Notes: a model not told the origin generated them from the letters alone. A stretch of DNA of 64,000 nt from an uncultured Acidobacteriota bacterium (GCA_963809485.1 CAWEJX010000007.1:64001-128000), one strand, 5' to 3'; positions 50,031-59,713 are shown, counted from the first letter of the stretch. Made by a program: numbers and translations.

Positions 50031-51506
50031 TTGTTCAGGCACATTCCCAAAGGAACCCATGTCGGAAGGCGTGATTTCATCAGGACCACAACCATGGCGG
50101 GCATGGCGGCGAAACTTCCGGGGACTTCCCTTATGGGTCAGGAGTCCGGGGATTCACCGAAGCCCGGGCCTGACGGAACGAAAAGAAGGTTGCTTTGCCT
50201 GACCGACTCCCCGCCTGCATTGGAAAAGTTCTTCGAATCGGTACGGGCAATTAAGGAAGCCGATCTCCTTGTGAATCCGGTCAAGGTTAGTTTTCAAAAG
50301 CCGCAGGAAGTGATCGACTCCATCCGGGGCAACGAGGCGGATATCATTCTTATGTGCCTGCCGCGTTTCACCTTCAGCTTCGGAAAGCTTTATGACTCTC
50401 TGGGAGATCCGGGCATCCCAATGGTGATTTTTGCGCAGAGTCCCGACCTGATCCTGATTGATGCCAATTTTGCGGCATCACTGAGGGCCAATGGCGCAAA
50501 GGTGTTGTTCGCCACTTCACAGGCGCAGGCCATCGAGATGCTGCAAGCCGTCGCTGCTCCCAGGATTCTCGAAGGCAAGCGGGCTGTCATCTATGGCAGA
50601 CCGTTTGACTCGACCAGCGTGCCGGCGCGCAACCTGAATGAGGATTACGTCAACAGGCGGACAGGGGTCAGGATCCAGTACCGTCCGATGGATGAGCTGA
50701 TACAGCTTTATAAACTCACGGACGAAGCCGGCGCCGTAAAGGAAGCGGAGAGGTGGAAAAAGGAGGCGGCGGCAGTCGTTGAGCCTTCGGACAAGACCAT
50801 TCTTGACGCGAGCAGGCTCTATGTCCTGCTGCGCTCGATTATCGAAAAAGAGGGATTATCCGCGGTCTCCATCGACTGCCTGGGCCTCCTCTTTAATCCC
50901 AATCCTCCGTTGCCGTACCCGTGTCTTCCATTTGCGCGGCTGCGCGACGAAGGATTCACCGCCGCGTGTGAAGCCGACGTATGCGGGCTGCTGTCCTCAA
51001 TGTTTTTGCAGGAGATCAGCCGGAAGCCTTCGTTTTTATGCAACGTGCTGTCGGTGAACATGCAGCAGTCGAGCACCGCGCTCAGCCACTGCGTTGCTCC
51101 GTTGAAGCTGATGGGGCGTGAAGCTTCCCCGCTGCCGTACAAGCTCCGCGACTATCACGGTATGGGAAAAGGTGTTGTGCCCGAAGTGGCGTTCCCGGTA
51201 GGAATCGAGGTGATCGCGGGCGCATTCACCAAGGATTTGAAAAACTTCGTGCTCTGGCCCGGAAGGATCCAGGTAGGAGCGAAGACCGACACGGATACGC
51301 CCGCCCCGGCATCTCCCGCCGGCTTCAGGCGCATGACCTGCTCGAATTACGTGGAAGTAAAAATCAGGGATGCCGATCGTTTTCTGCAGAACATCGCGGG
51401 CATCCACCACATCATGATTTCCGGGAATTACACAACGGCCATGCAAGACGCGCTGCTTGCCATGAATGTGGGCCTTATCGGTCCTTCAGATTTCACCGCG
51501 CCGTAA
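50031..51506 (+). CDS. Tat-signal protein related to the L-fucose/L-arabinose isomerase C-terminal fold
   Basis: GRRDFIRT Tat motif; AVSIDCL...PCL...ACEAD...SHC...HH pattern of fucose-isomerase-like proteins; start uncertain. Confidence 0.6.
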   Translation: MFRHIPKGTHVGRRDFIRTTTMAGMAAKLPGTSLMGQESGDSPKPGPDGTKRRLLCLTDSPPALEKFFESVRAIKEADLLVNPVKVSFQKPQEVIDSIRGNEADIILMCLPRFTFSFGKLYDSLGDPGIPMVIFAQSPDLILIDANFAASLRANGAKVLFATSQAQAIEMLQAVAAPRILEGKRAVIYGRPFDSTSVPARNLNEDYVNRRTGVRIQYRPMDELIQLYKLTDEAGAVKEAERWKKEAAAVVEPSDKTILDASRLYVLLRSIIEKEGLSAVSIDCLGLLFNPNPPLPYPCLPFARLRDEGFTAACEADVCGLLSSMFLQEISRKPSFLCNVLSVNMQQSSTALSHCVAPLKLMGREASPLPYKLRDYHGMGKGVVPEVAFPVGIEVIAGAFTKDLKNFVLWPGRIQVGAKTDTDTPAPASPAGFRRMTCSNYVEVKIRDADRFLQNIAGIHHIMISGNYTTAMQDALLAMNVGLIGPSDFTAP

Positions 51507-51507
51507 A

Positions 51508-51552
51508 GAAATTGGGGAAATTGGGGGAAATTGGAAATTGGGGACATCCCAT
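51508..51552 (+). repeat. Stutter repeat (GAAATTGG)x4 ending in GGGACATCCCA
   Basis: gaaattggggaaattgggggaaattggaaattggggacatcccat. Confidence 0.75.
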
Positions 51553-51666
51553 AATGGTTCTGAAGCCGATCGGACTTCAAGCAAAAAGACCGTTGCCGAT
51601 AATGAGCCTTATTCCACTTCCTATCTGCTAAAATAGTAGACAATCACAAAGACAGGAGACCCCACC

Positions 51667-51927
51667 ATGGAAGAATCCGAACCAACCAAAGAGGAGTTGC
51701 TGAAACGCATCGCGGAGTTGGAGCAGCAGGCCCAGACCAGGAAACCGGTGAGCCTGGAGTTTCGGGTCAGTGAAAAAGGGGGTATCAGCGTTTACGGCCT
51801 GGGGCGGTTCCCCGTAACGCTTTATTACGAGCAGTGGATGAGGCTGCTGGACCGCGCCGCGGAACTGCGGGACTTTATCGAAGAAAACAAAAGCAGACTG
51901 AAAATGAAGCCCCGCGCCGGTGAATAA
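51667..51927 (+). CDS. Conserved small hypothetical protein
   Basis: AGGAG RBS; coiled N-term, then FRVSEKGGISVYGLGRFPVTLYYEQW. Confidence 0.75.
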   Translation: MEESEPTKEELLKRIAELEQQAQTRKPVSLEFRVSEKGGISVYGLGRFPVTLYYEQWMRLLDRAAELRDFIEENKSRLKMKPRAGE

Positions 51928-51932
51928 CTGGT

Positions 51933-51987
51933 GAATGACCGGGAATGAGAATGACGGGAGAAATGACGGGAATGACGGGACACCCAC
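51933..51987 (+). repeat. Stutter repeat (GAATGACGG)x~5 ending in GGGACACCCAC
   Basis: gaatgaccgggaatgagaatgacgggagaaatgacgggaatgacgggacacccac. Confidence 0.75.
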
Positions 51988-52261
51988 TTCCTATTAAGTT
52001 CGCAGGGCTCCGGCTGTAGTCCTGGATCAAAATGCATTCGCTGCCAAGCTTTGTGGGCGAAGACGCCCGGTTGAGGTATCGACGAGGATGCCCATTGGTG
52101 TCTGGCTTGGGGACTCTCTAACCGCTATTCAGGAACCGGCTGAGATCAAAATTGCATCAAAATTCGACATCCGGGCCGGTTGGAATCCTGGAGCACTGTT
52201 GGATTTTCTTCCCACACCTTAATGAATCCACATCGCTCTCAGATAGCCACAGGAGGCAGGC

Positions 52262-53305
52262 ATGAGAGTCTTTCTCACAGGAGCAACCGGTTTCATCGGA
52301 CAACACCTTGCCGGAGCGCTTATCAAGCGCGGCTGGAGCGTGATCGCTCTTGTGCGCAAACCTGACAGCCCGCAATCGCAGGCCGTGCGAAGAGTTGGCG
52401 TGCAACTGGCACCAGGGGACATCACCGTGCGAGAATCGATGCGGGCGCCCATGAGCGGCGCAGATATCGTGGTACACAATGCCGCAGCCTATCAATTGGG
52501 TACAGACAGGTCAGAGAAGCAGAGCATGCGGTCGGCAAACGTCGATGGCACGGAGAACGTACTGGGTCTTGCCCATGAACTAAAAATTCCGCGCACCGTT
52601 TACGTATCCACGGTTCTGGCGACGGGGGAGACCGGAACCGAGATGCGCGATGAAACCTATAAGCGGCAATATCCGTGCCGCTCAACCTATGAACAGACGA
52701 AAATGGAAGCCCACGAAACTGCCGGCAGATACAGGGAGAGAGGGCTTCCGCTTATCATCGTTTGCCCGGGCCCTGTGATCGGCGCGAATGACCACTCCGT
52801 CTGGGGCTATTTCCAGCGCATGTACGTAAATCGCGTTCTGCCGCCCATGGCATGGGCCCCCGGGTCGATCTTCTGTTGCGTTTCAGTGGAGGATCTGGCC
52901 GAAGGCATAGCGCTGGCAGCTGAAAAGGGCCGGATCGGGGAAACATATCTGCTGTGCGGAGAAGCTCAGTCTTTTGGCGAGATCCTCAAACTATGGAGCA
53001 GGAAACCTGGTGCCTTCCATACAAAAATCTGGCTTCCGGCTCCTCTTGCGGCTCCAATGTTTGCACTCCTGGAGCCGATACAGAGAATGGTTGGCTTACC
53101 CGCCGTCCTCTCACGTGAAACCGCCCGAACCGCGGCGACAAATATGCATTATTCCGGCGAAAAGGCAAAACGGGAGTTGGGCTGGAAGCATTGCTCTGCG
53201 GAAGAGATGTGGTTGCGCACTATTGATAGGGAAACTCAATTTCTGGCCAGACGCAAAACTCAGAAATTGGTTCAGCGCCTCAAGCCGCTGGATTTCGCTG
53301 AATAA
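52262..53305 (+). CDS. NAD-dependent epimerase/dehydratase (extended SDR)
   Basis: LTGATGFIG, GDI, HNAA, YEQTK (YxxxK); AGGAGG RBS. Confidence 0.9.
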   Translation: MRVFLTGATGFIGQHLAGALIKRGWSVIALVRKPDSPQSQAVRRVGVQLAPGDITVRESMRAPMSGADIVVHNAAAYQLGTDRSEKQSMRSANVDGTENVLGLAHELKIPRTVYVSTVLATGETGTEMRDETYKRQYPCRSTYEQTKMEAHETAGRYRERGLPLIIVCPGPVIGANDHSVWGYFQRMYVNRVLPPMAWAPGSIFCCVSVEDLAEGIALAAEKGRIGETYLLCGEAQSFGEILKLWSRKPGAFHTKIWLPAPLAAPMFALLEPIQRMVGLPAVLSRETARTAATNMHYSGEKAKRELGWKHCSAEEMWLRTIDRETQFLARRKTQKLVQRLKPLDFAE

Positions 53306-53490
53306 GGGATTGGCGCATGCCTTCAGGGACCGCATGGCCCACCGCCGTCTCAATTATCCCGCAAGGCTGCATCATAACTTGCGACTAGCCGGGCGGAGGC
53401 GGCCTTCCGGCCGCTCCTGCAAAATGTGGATCCCCCTTCCCAATAAACCGCTTGTTCAGGTGACATTCCGGCCCGATCTCACAAAGCCAA

Positions 53491-55020
53491 TTACCTATAT
53501 TTGGGTTCACGCCGGGGCACAGCAGGCCGGTTGGCTCCGTGCGAGGGTTTGAGAGGCGGACGCGACATTACTGAAGGAGCGGGGAATCGCGGCATGCATT
53601 CGGCCTGGGAGGAGCCGAACTCCATGGCGCCGATGTCCGGGGCGCTGCCGCCGGGGCGCTCGCGGTTGAAGTAGTCCAACGTGTTTCCGGCTATGGTGGC
53701 GCCGGCGTCCACTGTCAGGCTGTCGGGGTTCACCAGATCAAAATCCGATACGGTGGTTCCCGCGATGTCGGCAAAGCCGAGATTGACATAATTGGGATCC
53801 TCGGGACCCGAGTAGCTGACAAAAAGATTGTTGCTTCCATCAAACGCCGAGTCAATCAACCAGTTCCGGGGCCTGGAGATGCCGTCCAGAACATACAGGT
53901 TATTGGTCAGGTGCACGGTTCCGGGGACAAGCTGGCCGCCGCTCATACCCGATGACTCGGCGGTGAAGATGATCCAGAGAATTCCTGCGTTGCGCGATCC
54001 CGGATGCTGGATGAGGGTGTTGCTGTAAAAGTGAACATTTTCAAGGTTGGTGTTGTTCACTTGAAGCAGGCCCATCCAGGCACTGTCGACGATCAGGTTG
54101 TTGTGGAAGGACAAATCCTTGAAAAGCCCTTTGCCCCGATCGCCAAAGTACGAGGCGGCTTCAAAGAAGCCGCAGTTGTTGTAGGAGAAATTGTGGTGCA
54201 CGTGAACATTTTCGATGGTGCCTCCGGATGATGCGGAAACCTCGGTGGCGCCGCCGTCGCAATCGCCGTTGCTTCCCACCCATCTGGCGGGGCCTGTGCA
54301 GTTGATGAACGAATTGTAGGACACCTCATTGTTTGAGGCATTGATGAAAATGCCTTCGGCGCCGCCCACCAGGTTCGGATCCACGCCCGGATTTTCGTCG
54401 ATACCCATGATGAGGTCGTGAACGTAGTTGCCGCGAACGAGAGAGCCTTCGGCGCCCAGCATGATGCCGATATCGCAGTCGTCGATTCCATTGTTTATAA
54501 ACGTTGTTGCGGCTCCCAGAAAGGCGGTGATGCCCCCGACGATGCCTTTGGTGATCCCGTCCCGGTCGAAGTCAAAATCATGCACCATGGTGTTGTCGCC
54601 CCGGGCACCCGAGAAATGCAGGCCGTCGATAGTGAGAGGCTTAAACGAGAGCACAACGGGGCCTCTTCCGGGTTCGCTCGACACTCTGAAATGGGGCAGA
54701 GGATCGTTTTGGGGACCGTAGTTGGTGTATACCTTTGCGTTGTAGCCGAAGCGGACGTTGTTAAAGTAAGTCGGAATGGCCAATTTTTCGTTGAAGACGC
54801 TGCCGCGTTTGAAGCGAACCACGGTGCAGGAAGCATGGATGGCTGATTGGGATTTCACCGGAGTGGCTTCCGAAAGACCGTTGTTCGTGTCGTTCCCGTT
54901 CACGCTGTCCACGTAACAGGTTGTTTCGCCTTCGTCGTAGGCATCTTCCACCGTGCAGGTTTGATAGCGATCGGTATAAACAAAGGCAGCGGTATGATAT
55001 ACAGGTGATATACAGGACAC
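53491..55020 (-). CDS. Parallel beta-helix protein with choice-of-anchor-Q-like tail, probably N-terminally truncated
   Basis: YVDSVNGNDTNNGLS...FKRGSVF, Asn-ladder repeats, DAG...DYFNRERP..APDIGAME; the start falls inside a stutter repeat and there is no signal peptide. Confidence 0.65.
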   Translation of the reverse strand: MSCISPVYHTAAFVYTDRYQTCTVEDAYDEGETTCYVDSVNGNDTNNGLSEATPVKSQSAIHASCTVVRFKRGSVFNEKLAIPTYFNNVRFGYNAKVYTNYGPQNDPLPHFRVSSEPGRGPVVLSFKPLTIDGLHFSGARGDNTMVHDFDFDRDGITKGIVGGITAFLGAATTFINNGIDDCDIGIMLGAEGSLVRGNYVHDLIMGIDENPGVDPNLVGGAEGIFINASNNEVSYNSFINCTGPARWVGSNGDCDGGATEVSASSGGTIENVHVHHNFSYNNCGFFEAASYFGDRGKGLFKDLSFHNNLIVDSAWMGLLQVNNTNLENVHFYSNTLIQHPGSRNAGILWIIFTAESSGMSGGQLVPGTVHLTNNLYVLDGISRPRNWLIDSAFDGSNNLFVSYSGPEDPNYVNLGFADIAGTTVSDFDLVNPDSLTVDAGATIAGNTLDYFNRERPGGSAPDIGAMEFGSSQAECMPRFPAPSVMSRPPLKPSHGANRPAVPRREPKYR

Positions 55021-55093
55021 CCATTAACCAGCATCAAACGGAACGTAAGCAGGACGCAAGCACGCAAGCAGGACACCCATGAAAAAAGGGTGT
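54995..55093 (+). repeat. Two stutter repeats each ending in AGGACACCCAT
   Basis: tgatatacagg-tgatatacagg-acacccat and acgtaagcagg-acgcaagc-acgcaagcagg-acacccat; the second is followed by gaaaaaagggtgt (hairpin). Confidence 0.75.
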
Positions 55094-55169
55094 ATAAATC
55101 AGGAGCTTTTAAAGTATCGTTTTAAGAATCATCCTGCAAACGCGAAACGAAGCGCATAAGGAGACCTAT

Positions 55170-55667
55170 ATGGACAGGGTAAAGCTCGCCGCTGTGTCGG
55201 CATTTGTGCTTGTAGCGGTAACTGTTTCCCTCTCATTCTCCGCCGAAAAGGATATCGTGCGTGCGAAAGACCGTGTGGAGATTGAGCAATTGATGTGGCG
55301 CTACATTCAGGCGCTTGACTCGGGTAATGCTGAAGCCTATGCAGCCCTGTTCGCGCCGGACGGGCAGTTCGGCAGGGGTGCCACGGCTGTCAAAGGACGG
55401 GAGGCACTGAAGAAAATGGTCTCAGATGCCAGGCAAAAACTGGATGCCGAGAAACAGAGCGGCAAGAAAATGCCGCGCATGTTTCACATCGTGACAAATC
55501 CCCATATTGAATTCATCGACAAAGACCATGCGCGTTACTATGCCTATTGGATGGGGGCCTTCGCGTCGGGAGGAGGAATTACCTCGGCCGGCCGTGAGGT
55601 CAATGAGCTTGTGAGGTTGAATAAGCAGTGGTTCATAAGCGTGCGTGATGTAGATCCTCAGGATTGA
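55170..55667 (+). CDS. Exported SnoaL-like / NTF2-family protein
   Basis: Signal peptide; DRVEIEQLMWRYIQALD...YAALFAPDG...GREAL...HIVTN...W..SVR; AAGGAG RBS. Confidence 0.82.
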   Translation: MDRVKLAAVSAFVLVAVTVSLSFSAEKDIVRAKDRVEIEQLMWRYIQALDSGNAEAYAALFAPDGQFGRGATAVKGREALKKMVSDARQKLDAEKQSGKKMPRMFHIVTNPHIEFIDKDHARYYAYWMGAFASGGGITSAGREVNELVRLNKQWFISVRDVDPQD

Positions 55668-55927
55668 GGAAGCAGGAATCGCGCGCACATTCCGGTACTG
55701 GAGGGATAAGCAGGAGAGTTGTTGGCCCAAATATGAAAGATCTTTTGAGAAGCCCTTCTATTTGCTTGATATTGGCGTTTTCGATCCTCTGCTAAGTCAG
55801 CAAGGGGAAGGAGGAAGGTTGACACCCATAATCTGCTTGTTGCCCACAATCTGCCTGTTGTCATCTGCTATTCTTTTTAGTCTCCAACTTTTGTTCAAGC
55901 CCCCCAGCATTCCCCAGGATTCTTCTG

Positions 55928-56139
55928 GTTACCGCACTCTTTCAAGGCTTTCGGGTGTAGAATTGTGCTAAGTCATTAAGAGCAAATCAGGATGAGCAAT
56001 ACCGCTGCGGATACAACAGGACTCTTAGCATATGATGGATGGTTACCGCACTCTTTCAAGGCTTTCGGGTGTAGAATTGTGCTAATTCATTAAGAGCAAA
56101 TCAGGATGAGCGATACCGCTGCGGATACCAACCAGGACT
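55928..56139 (+). repeat. Direct duplication of about 98 bp (period 113 bp)
   Basis: ggttaccgcactctttcaaggctttcgggtgtagaattgtgctaa...caggactc at 55928-56025 and 56041-56139. Confidence 0.85.
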
Positions 56140-56150
56140 CCCTTTCAGGC

Positions 56151-56790
56151 ATGACGGCATCCGGACGATGGTTTGTGCTTCTGTCACCGCTGGCGGTTAT
56201 AGGGCTCGGGCATTTGACAACGCGTCTGTTTTCACATTTCATCGATGCTGGGCATGGCTCTGCGATCGTGATTGTCATCATGTAATTATTAGTATTCTGG
56301 GCATGGGCTCCTTTGCAGATCGTGTATTGGTTCGCCATGGCCATGGTAATTTATTGGAGCGGTGGATTAGGCGAGGTAATCTCTGCTTATAAAAGGATTA
56401 GCGGATGGCGATGGTGGTTGGCTGGAATCGCAGTCGGCCTGATGACATGTCCTGTACTCCTGCATAATTTCGGCTTGCTTCGTGACTTTCAACTTGTGAT
56501 GCCCTGGTTGCTTCTGGCTTTTATCAACCCATTCTTCGAGGAAAGTTATTGGCGTGGATTGTTTGGTCAGGTAACAAGCGCTAGCCGGCTTTTTTTTGCA
56601 TGCTTGTACCCCACCATTTTTTTACAGCAGGGCATCCGCTGCAGTGGGGCGTATTTTCGGTTGTCTGACGCAGATGGGAAATGATCGCATCCATGCTTAT
56701 CATGGGCATGGTTTGGAGCGCCATTTACCTATATACCCGAAGCCTTAAGGCAGCGACCTTTTCGCCTATGTTAGTCGACAGCGCAATGGC
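56151..56790 (+). pseudogene. Degraded CPBP/Abi (CAAX-like) intramembrane protease
   Basis: Fragments over several frames: ...FINPFFEESYWRG..., F.AGHPLQWG, IYLYTRSL; internal stop and frameshifts; ends approximate. Confidence 0.7.
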
Positions 56791-56853
56791 ATCCGGTGGG
56801 TATATACTCTATCCGACAACGATAGGACATACGGTTTTCGGATTCGAAAAGAA

Positions 56854-58623
56854 ATGATCAAAATCCCTTTGTATCCGCACACCCGCTACACTTCGGCGAC
56901 CATGCCAAAGTCACAAGCTTCAAAATGGATTGCGGTTCTGGCAATCTTCGTTTTAATCGAAATTGTATTTTGCCCGTGGCCTCAAGTTTCGGCGAAAGAT
57001 ACGAGTTTTAAGAGGATTATAAGGGGTACCGTCCGTGACGACCAAGCTACTCTTCCCGGCGCCGTGGTCCGAATCCAGACAACGCAGCATAGCACGGTAA
57101 CCGGTGCCGAGGGAGAATTTAAACTGGCTGTACCCAAGATTTTCAGCGGTCCAGTTAAACTCACAGCCTGGGCTAAAGGATATTTCATTGGAGGGCCGGT
57201 TGAAGCCTCGCCTGGGCAAAACAATGTGACGATTACGCTTCATCCACACAGTAAATGGGACAATCGCGAATACAAATGGTTGCCTTCCTTCCGATCTGCA
57301 GGTTCCGGCGAAAATCAGGGCTGCTCCGAATGTCACTTTCGAGGCAAGGTTGATTCAGGACCCACTCTTCCCGTTGACGAATGGCTCGAGGACGCTCATT
57401 CCCAATCCGCCGTCAACCCACGTTTCCTCACTATGCATGCCGGAACAGACATGTCAGGTCGCCGGAGCGCCGCAACCGCGTATAAGCGTCTAAGTGACTC
57501 CAGCCTAGTTCCTCTTCCCCCAAATCCTGCAGAGCCCTATTATGGACCGGGGTTTAAGCTCGACTATCCGAACCATACCGGCAATTGCGGTGCCTGTCAT
57601 GTTCCCTTGGCGGCGGTCAATTCACCGCTAAATGTCAATCCTGTTTCAATCCAGGATGTCGAGGCCGAAGGCGTCAACTGCGACTTTTGCCATAAAATTT
57701 GGGATGTCCACCTCGATCAAGCCACAGGGCTTCCTTTTCCCGACCAACCCGGGGTGCTTGCCTACGAATTCCGGAGACCGTTTCAGGGACATCAGTTCTT
57801 TGCCGGGCCCCTGGACGACATCGCGCCTGGCGAGGACACCTATTCAAAGCTTCAGAAGAGCAGCCAGTTCTGTGCTCCGTGCCATTTTGGAGTTTTTGGT
57901 GATACGGTTGTTTACGATTCCTTCGGGGAGTGGCTGCGAAGCCCTTACAGTCGAGAAGAGACAGGAAAGACTTGCCAGGATTGCCATATGCCGAGGTCGA
58001 AGGCCGAATTCTTTGCCCACGCCGGAAAGGGCGGGCTTAAGCGCGATTCCAATACCATCGCCAGCCACAGGATGACTGGGACCAGAGACCTGGACCTTCT
58101 CCAGAACGCCGTTTCAATGTACCTTGAAGCGGAATACTTGCACGAAGGGATCCGGGTCAGAACGACGGTTGTTAACGATCGCACAGGTCACCACGTCCCA
58201 ACGGATACCCCGCTTCGGCATCTAATACTTATGGTCCGAGCGTGGGATAGCGATGGTTTTGCGCTGCCTCTCAAGGCGGGTCCCGTCCTTCCGGAGTGGT
58301 GCGGTTCTGGTAATCCGGCAGATGGCTACTACGCCGGGCTTCCCGGAAAGGTGTACGCCAAACTGCTCGAAGAGACATGGACTGGAGTATCCCCAACCGC
58401 TGCCTATTGGAACGCAACCCGAATAGTAATGGACACCCGGCTTGGAGCGTTTGAATCCGATGTCGGTGAATTCCTGTTTTCTGCTCCTGACTCGGGAAAT
58501 GGACGAATCGAGGCTGTCCTTCTCTACCGGAGGGCCTATAAGAAGCTTATGGATCTCAAGGGCTGGAGTGATCCCGACATCGTTATGGAGTCAGCTGCGG
58601 TCTCGGTCTCTCAAAAGCACTGA
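56854..58623 (+). CDS. Exported multiheme cytochrome c (5 CxxCH) with N-terminal carboxypeptidase-regulatory-like domain
   Basis: IRGTVRD...LPGAVVRIQ...TVTGAEGEF; CSECH, CGACH, CDFCH, CAPCH, CQDCH; TGHHVPT; start may be 56902. Confidence 0.85.
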   Translation: MIKIPLYPHTRYTSATMPKSQASKWIAVLAIFVLIEIVFCPWPQVSAKDTSFKRIIRGTVRDDQATLPGAVVRIQTTQHSTVTGAEGEFKLAVPKIFSGPVKLTAWAKGYFIGGPVEASPGQNNVTITLHPHSKWDNREYKWLPSFRSAGSGENQGCSECHFRGKVDSGPTLPVDEWLEDAHSQSAVNPRFLTMHAGTDMSGRRSAATAYKRLSDSSLVPLPPNPAEPYYGPGFKLDYPNHTGNCGACHVPLAAVNSPLNVNPVSIQDVEAEGVNCDFCHKIWDVHLDQATGLPFPDQPGVLAYEFRRPFQGHQFFAGPLDDIAPGEDTYSKLQKSSQFCAPCHFGVFGDTVVYDSFGEWLRSPYSREETGKTCQDCHMPRSKAEFFAHAGKGGLKRDSNTIASHRMTGTRDLDLLQNAVSMYLEAEYLHEGIRVRTTVVNDRTGHHVPTDTPLRHLILMVRAWDSDGFALPLKAGPVLPEWCGSGNPADGYYAGLPGKVYAKLLEETWTGVSPTAAYWNATRIVMDTRLGAFESDVGEFLFSAPDSGNGRIEAVLLYRRAYKKLMDLKGWSDPDIVMESAAVSVSQKH

Positions 58624-58879
58624 GATTTTAGGAGATATGCATCAAAAAGGCATCACGTTTGTGACTAAGAACTTCCCAACATGATATCGGGCGATTTGAT
58701 TGAGATGCCAACTGCACGAGCCCTGCGCTTGACGTAAAACTGGAATGTGAACCCGATTTTGACCGCAGCCCCGGAAGCCATCGATTCACAGCCCTGCAAT
58801 TTTGAGCCCACTAATCACCAAATTGCCTGGAAAGCCCCAGGTATTCGCATCTGATTCTCCGATAATCTGTAATCTGTAA

Positions 58880-59116
58880 ATGTATTCTGTGGGTGTATTG
58901 TGTGGGTGTCCCCATTATCCCAGTGTGGGTGTCCCCGATATTTCCCCGATATTCCTTTCCCCGATATTCGGTGGGTGTCCCCGATATGTTCCGGTGGGTG
59001 TCCCCGATATCCGTCCCCGATATCCGTCCCCGATATCCCGATATCCTTCCTCTCCGATATCCTTCCCCATATTCGGTGTCCCCGATATTCCCGATATCCC
59101 CGATATCACCCGATAC
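58880..59116 (-). repeat. Long irregular stutter array of TGGGTGTCCCC / CCGATAT units
   Basis: Four TGGGTGTCCCC, one GGTGTCCCC and about 12 CCGATAT copies with irregular spacing; reverse complement of the GGGACACCCA core. Confidence 0.85.
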
Positions 59117-59161
59117 TCACTGTTGGGGCGTTAGTCATTTCCAGCACCGTGGAAATCGAGG

Positions 59162-59713
59162 CTAGGCTGATTTATCGAGCTTCTTGAAAATTGAGACCGC
59201 GACGGGTTCAAACAGCGTGGCGTAGGCAGTGCCGATCATGAAAAAAATCGCTCCCCAGAGCCAATTAATGTTCGATGGATTCGCATTCTCCTTGAGCGCA
59301 AACCAGATGCCGTAAGTTCCGAGAGCAAACGCGGCCATATTGAACCACGTGTCCTTCAGCACCACCACATGAACGAGAGTAAGCAAATACGTTACAAGCA
59401 ACGCGCAGATGCCGAATGCAACGATAGCACCCAACCCCCAGCCTAAGAGCAAATCCAGGAGGCCGAAAAAGCATACTCCGTAGGCTGGCCCGCAGGCGGC
59501 GCTGCACAGCATATTCGGCAAAGTCTTGAACGACCCTCGTTGGGCCACGACAAGACCAAGCCCCGCAAACGCGCACCACAGAAGATTGAACAGCGGATGC
59601 ATCTTGCTCGCATCCATCGGATTGAAATTGAATAGGACCGCCCAGACAATGCAAAAGAAAGTAATGCCGATCGTAACCGTAGTGGCAAGAATGAAAAAGA
59701 ATTTCTTCGACAT
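59162..59713 (-). CDS. DUF1097-like membrane protein
   Basis: Hydrophobic, about 183 aa; LLWCAFAG, SAACGPAYG, FNMAAFALG; AGGGGG RBS. Confidence 0.6.
   Translation of the reverse strand: MSKKFFFILATTVTIGITFFCIVWAVLFNFNPMDASKMHPLFNLLWCAFAGLGLVVAQRGSFKTLPNMLCSAACGPAYGVCFFGLLDLLLGWGLGAIVAFGICALLVTYLLTLVHVVVLKDTWFNMAAFALGTYGIWFALKENANPSNINWLWGAIFFMIGTAYATLFEPVAVSIFKKLDKSA

Noticed and set aside
53370-53470. Integron attC-like sequence (CATAAC... GC hairpin)
   Set aside because: No matching GTTRRRY end with correct complementarity and no integrase in the window.
58880-59165. CRISPR array or Pro/Ile/Asp-rich small ORFs in the repeat
   Set aside because: No constant-length repeat with unique spacers and no cas genes; the ORFs are translations of the low-complexity repeat in all frames.
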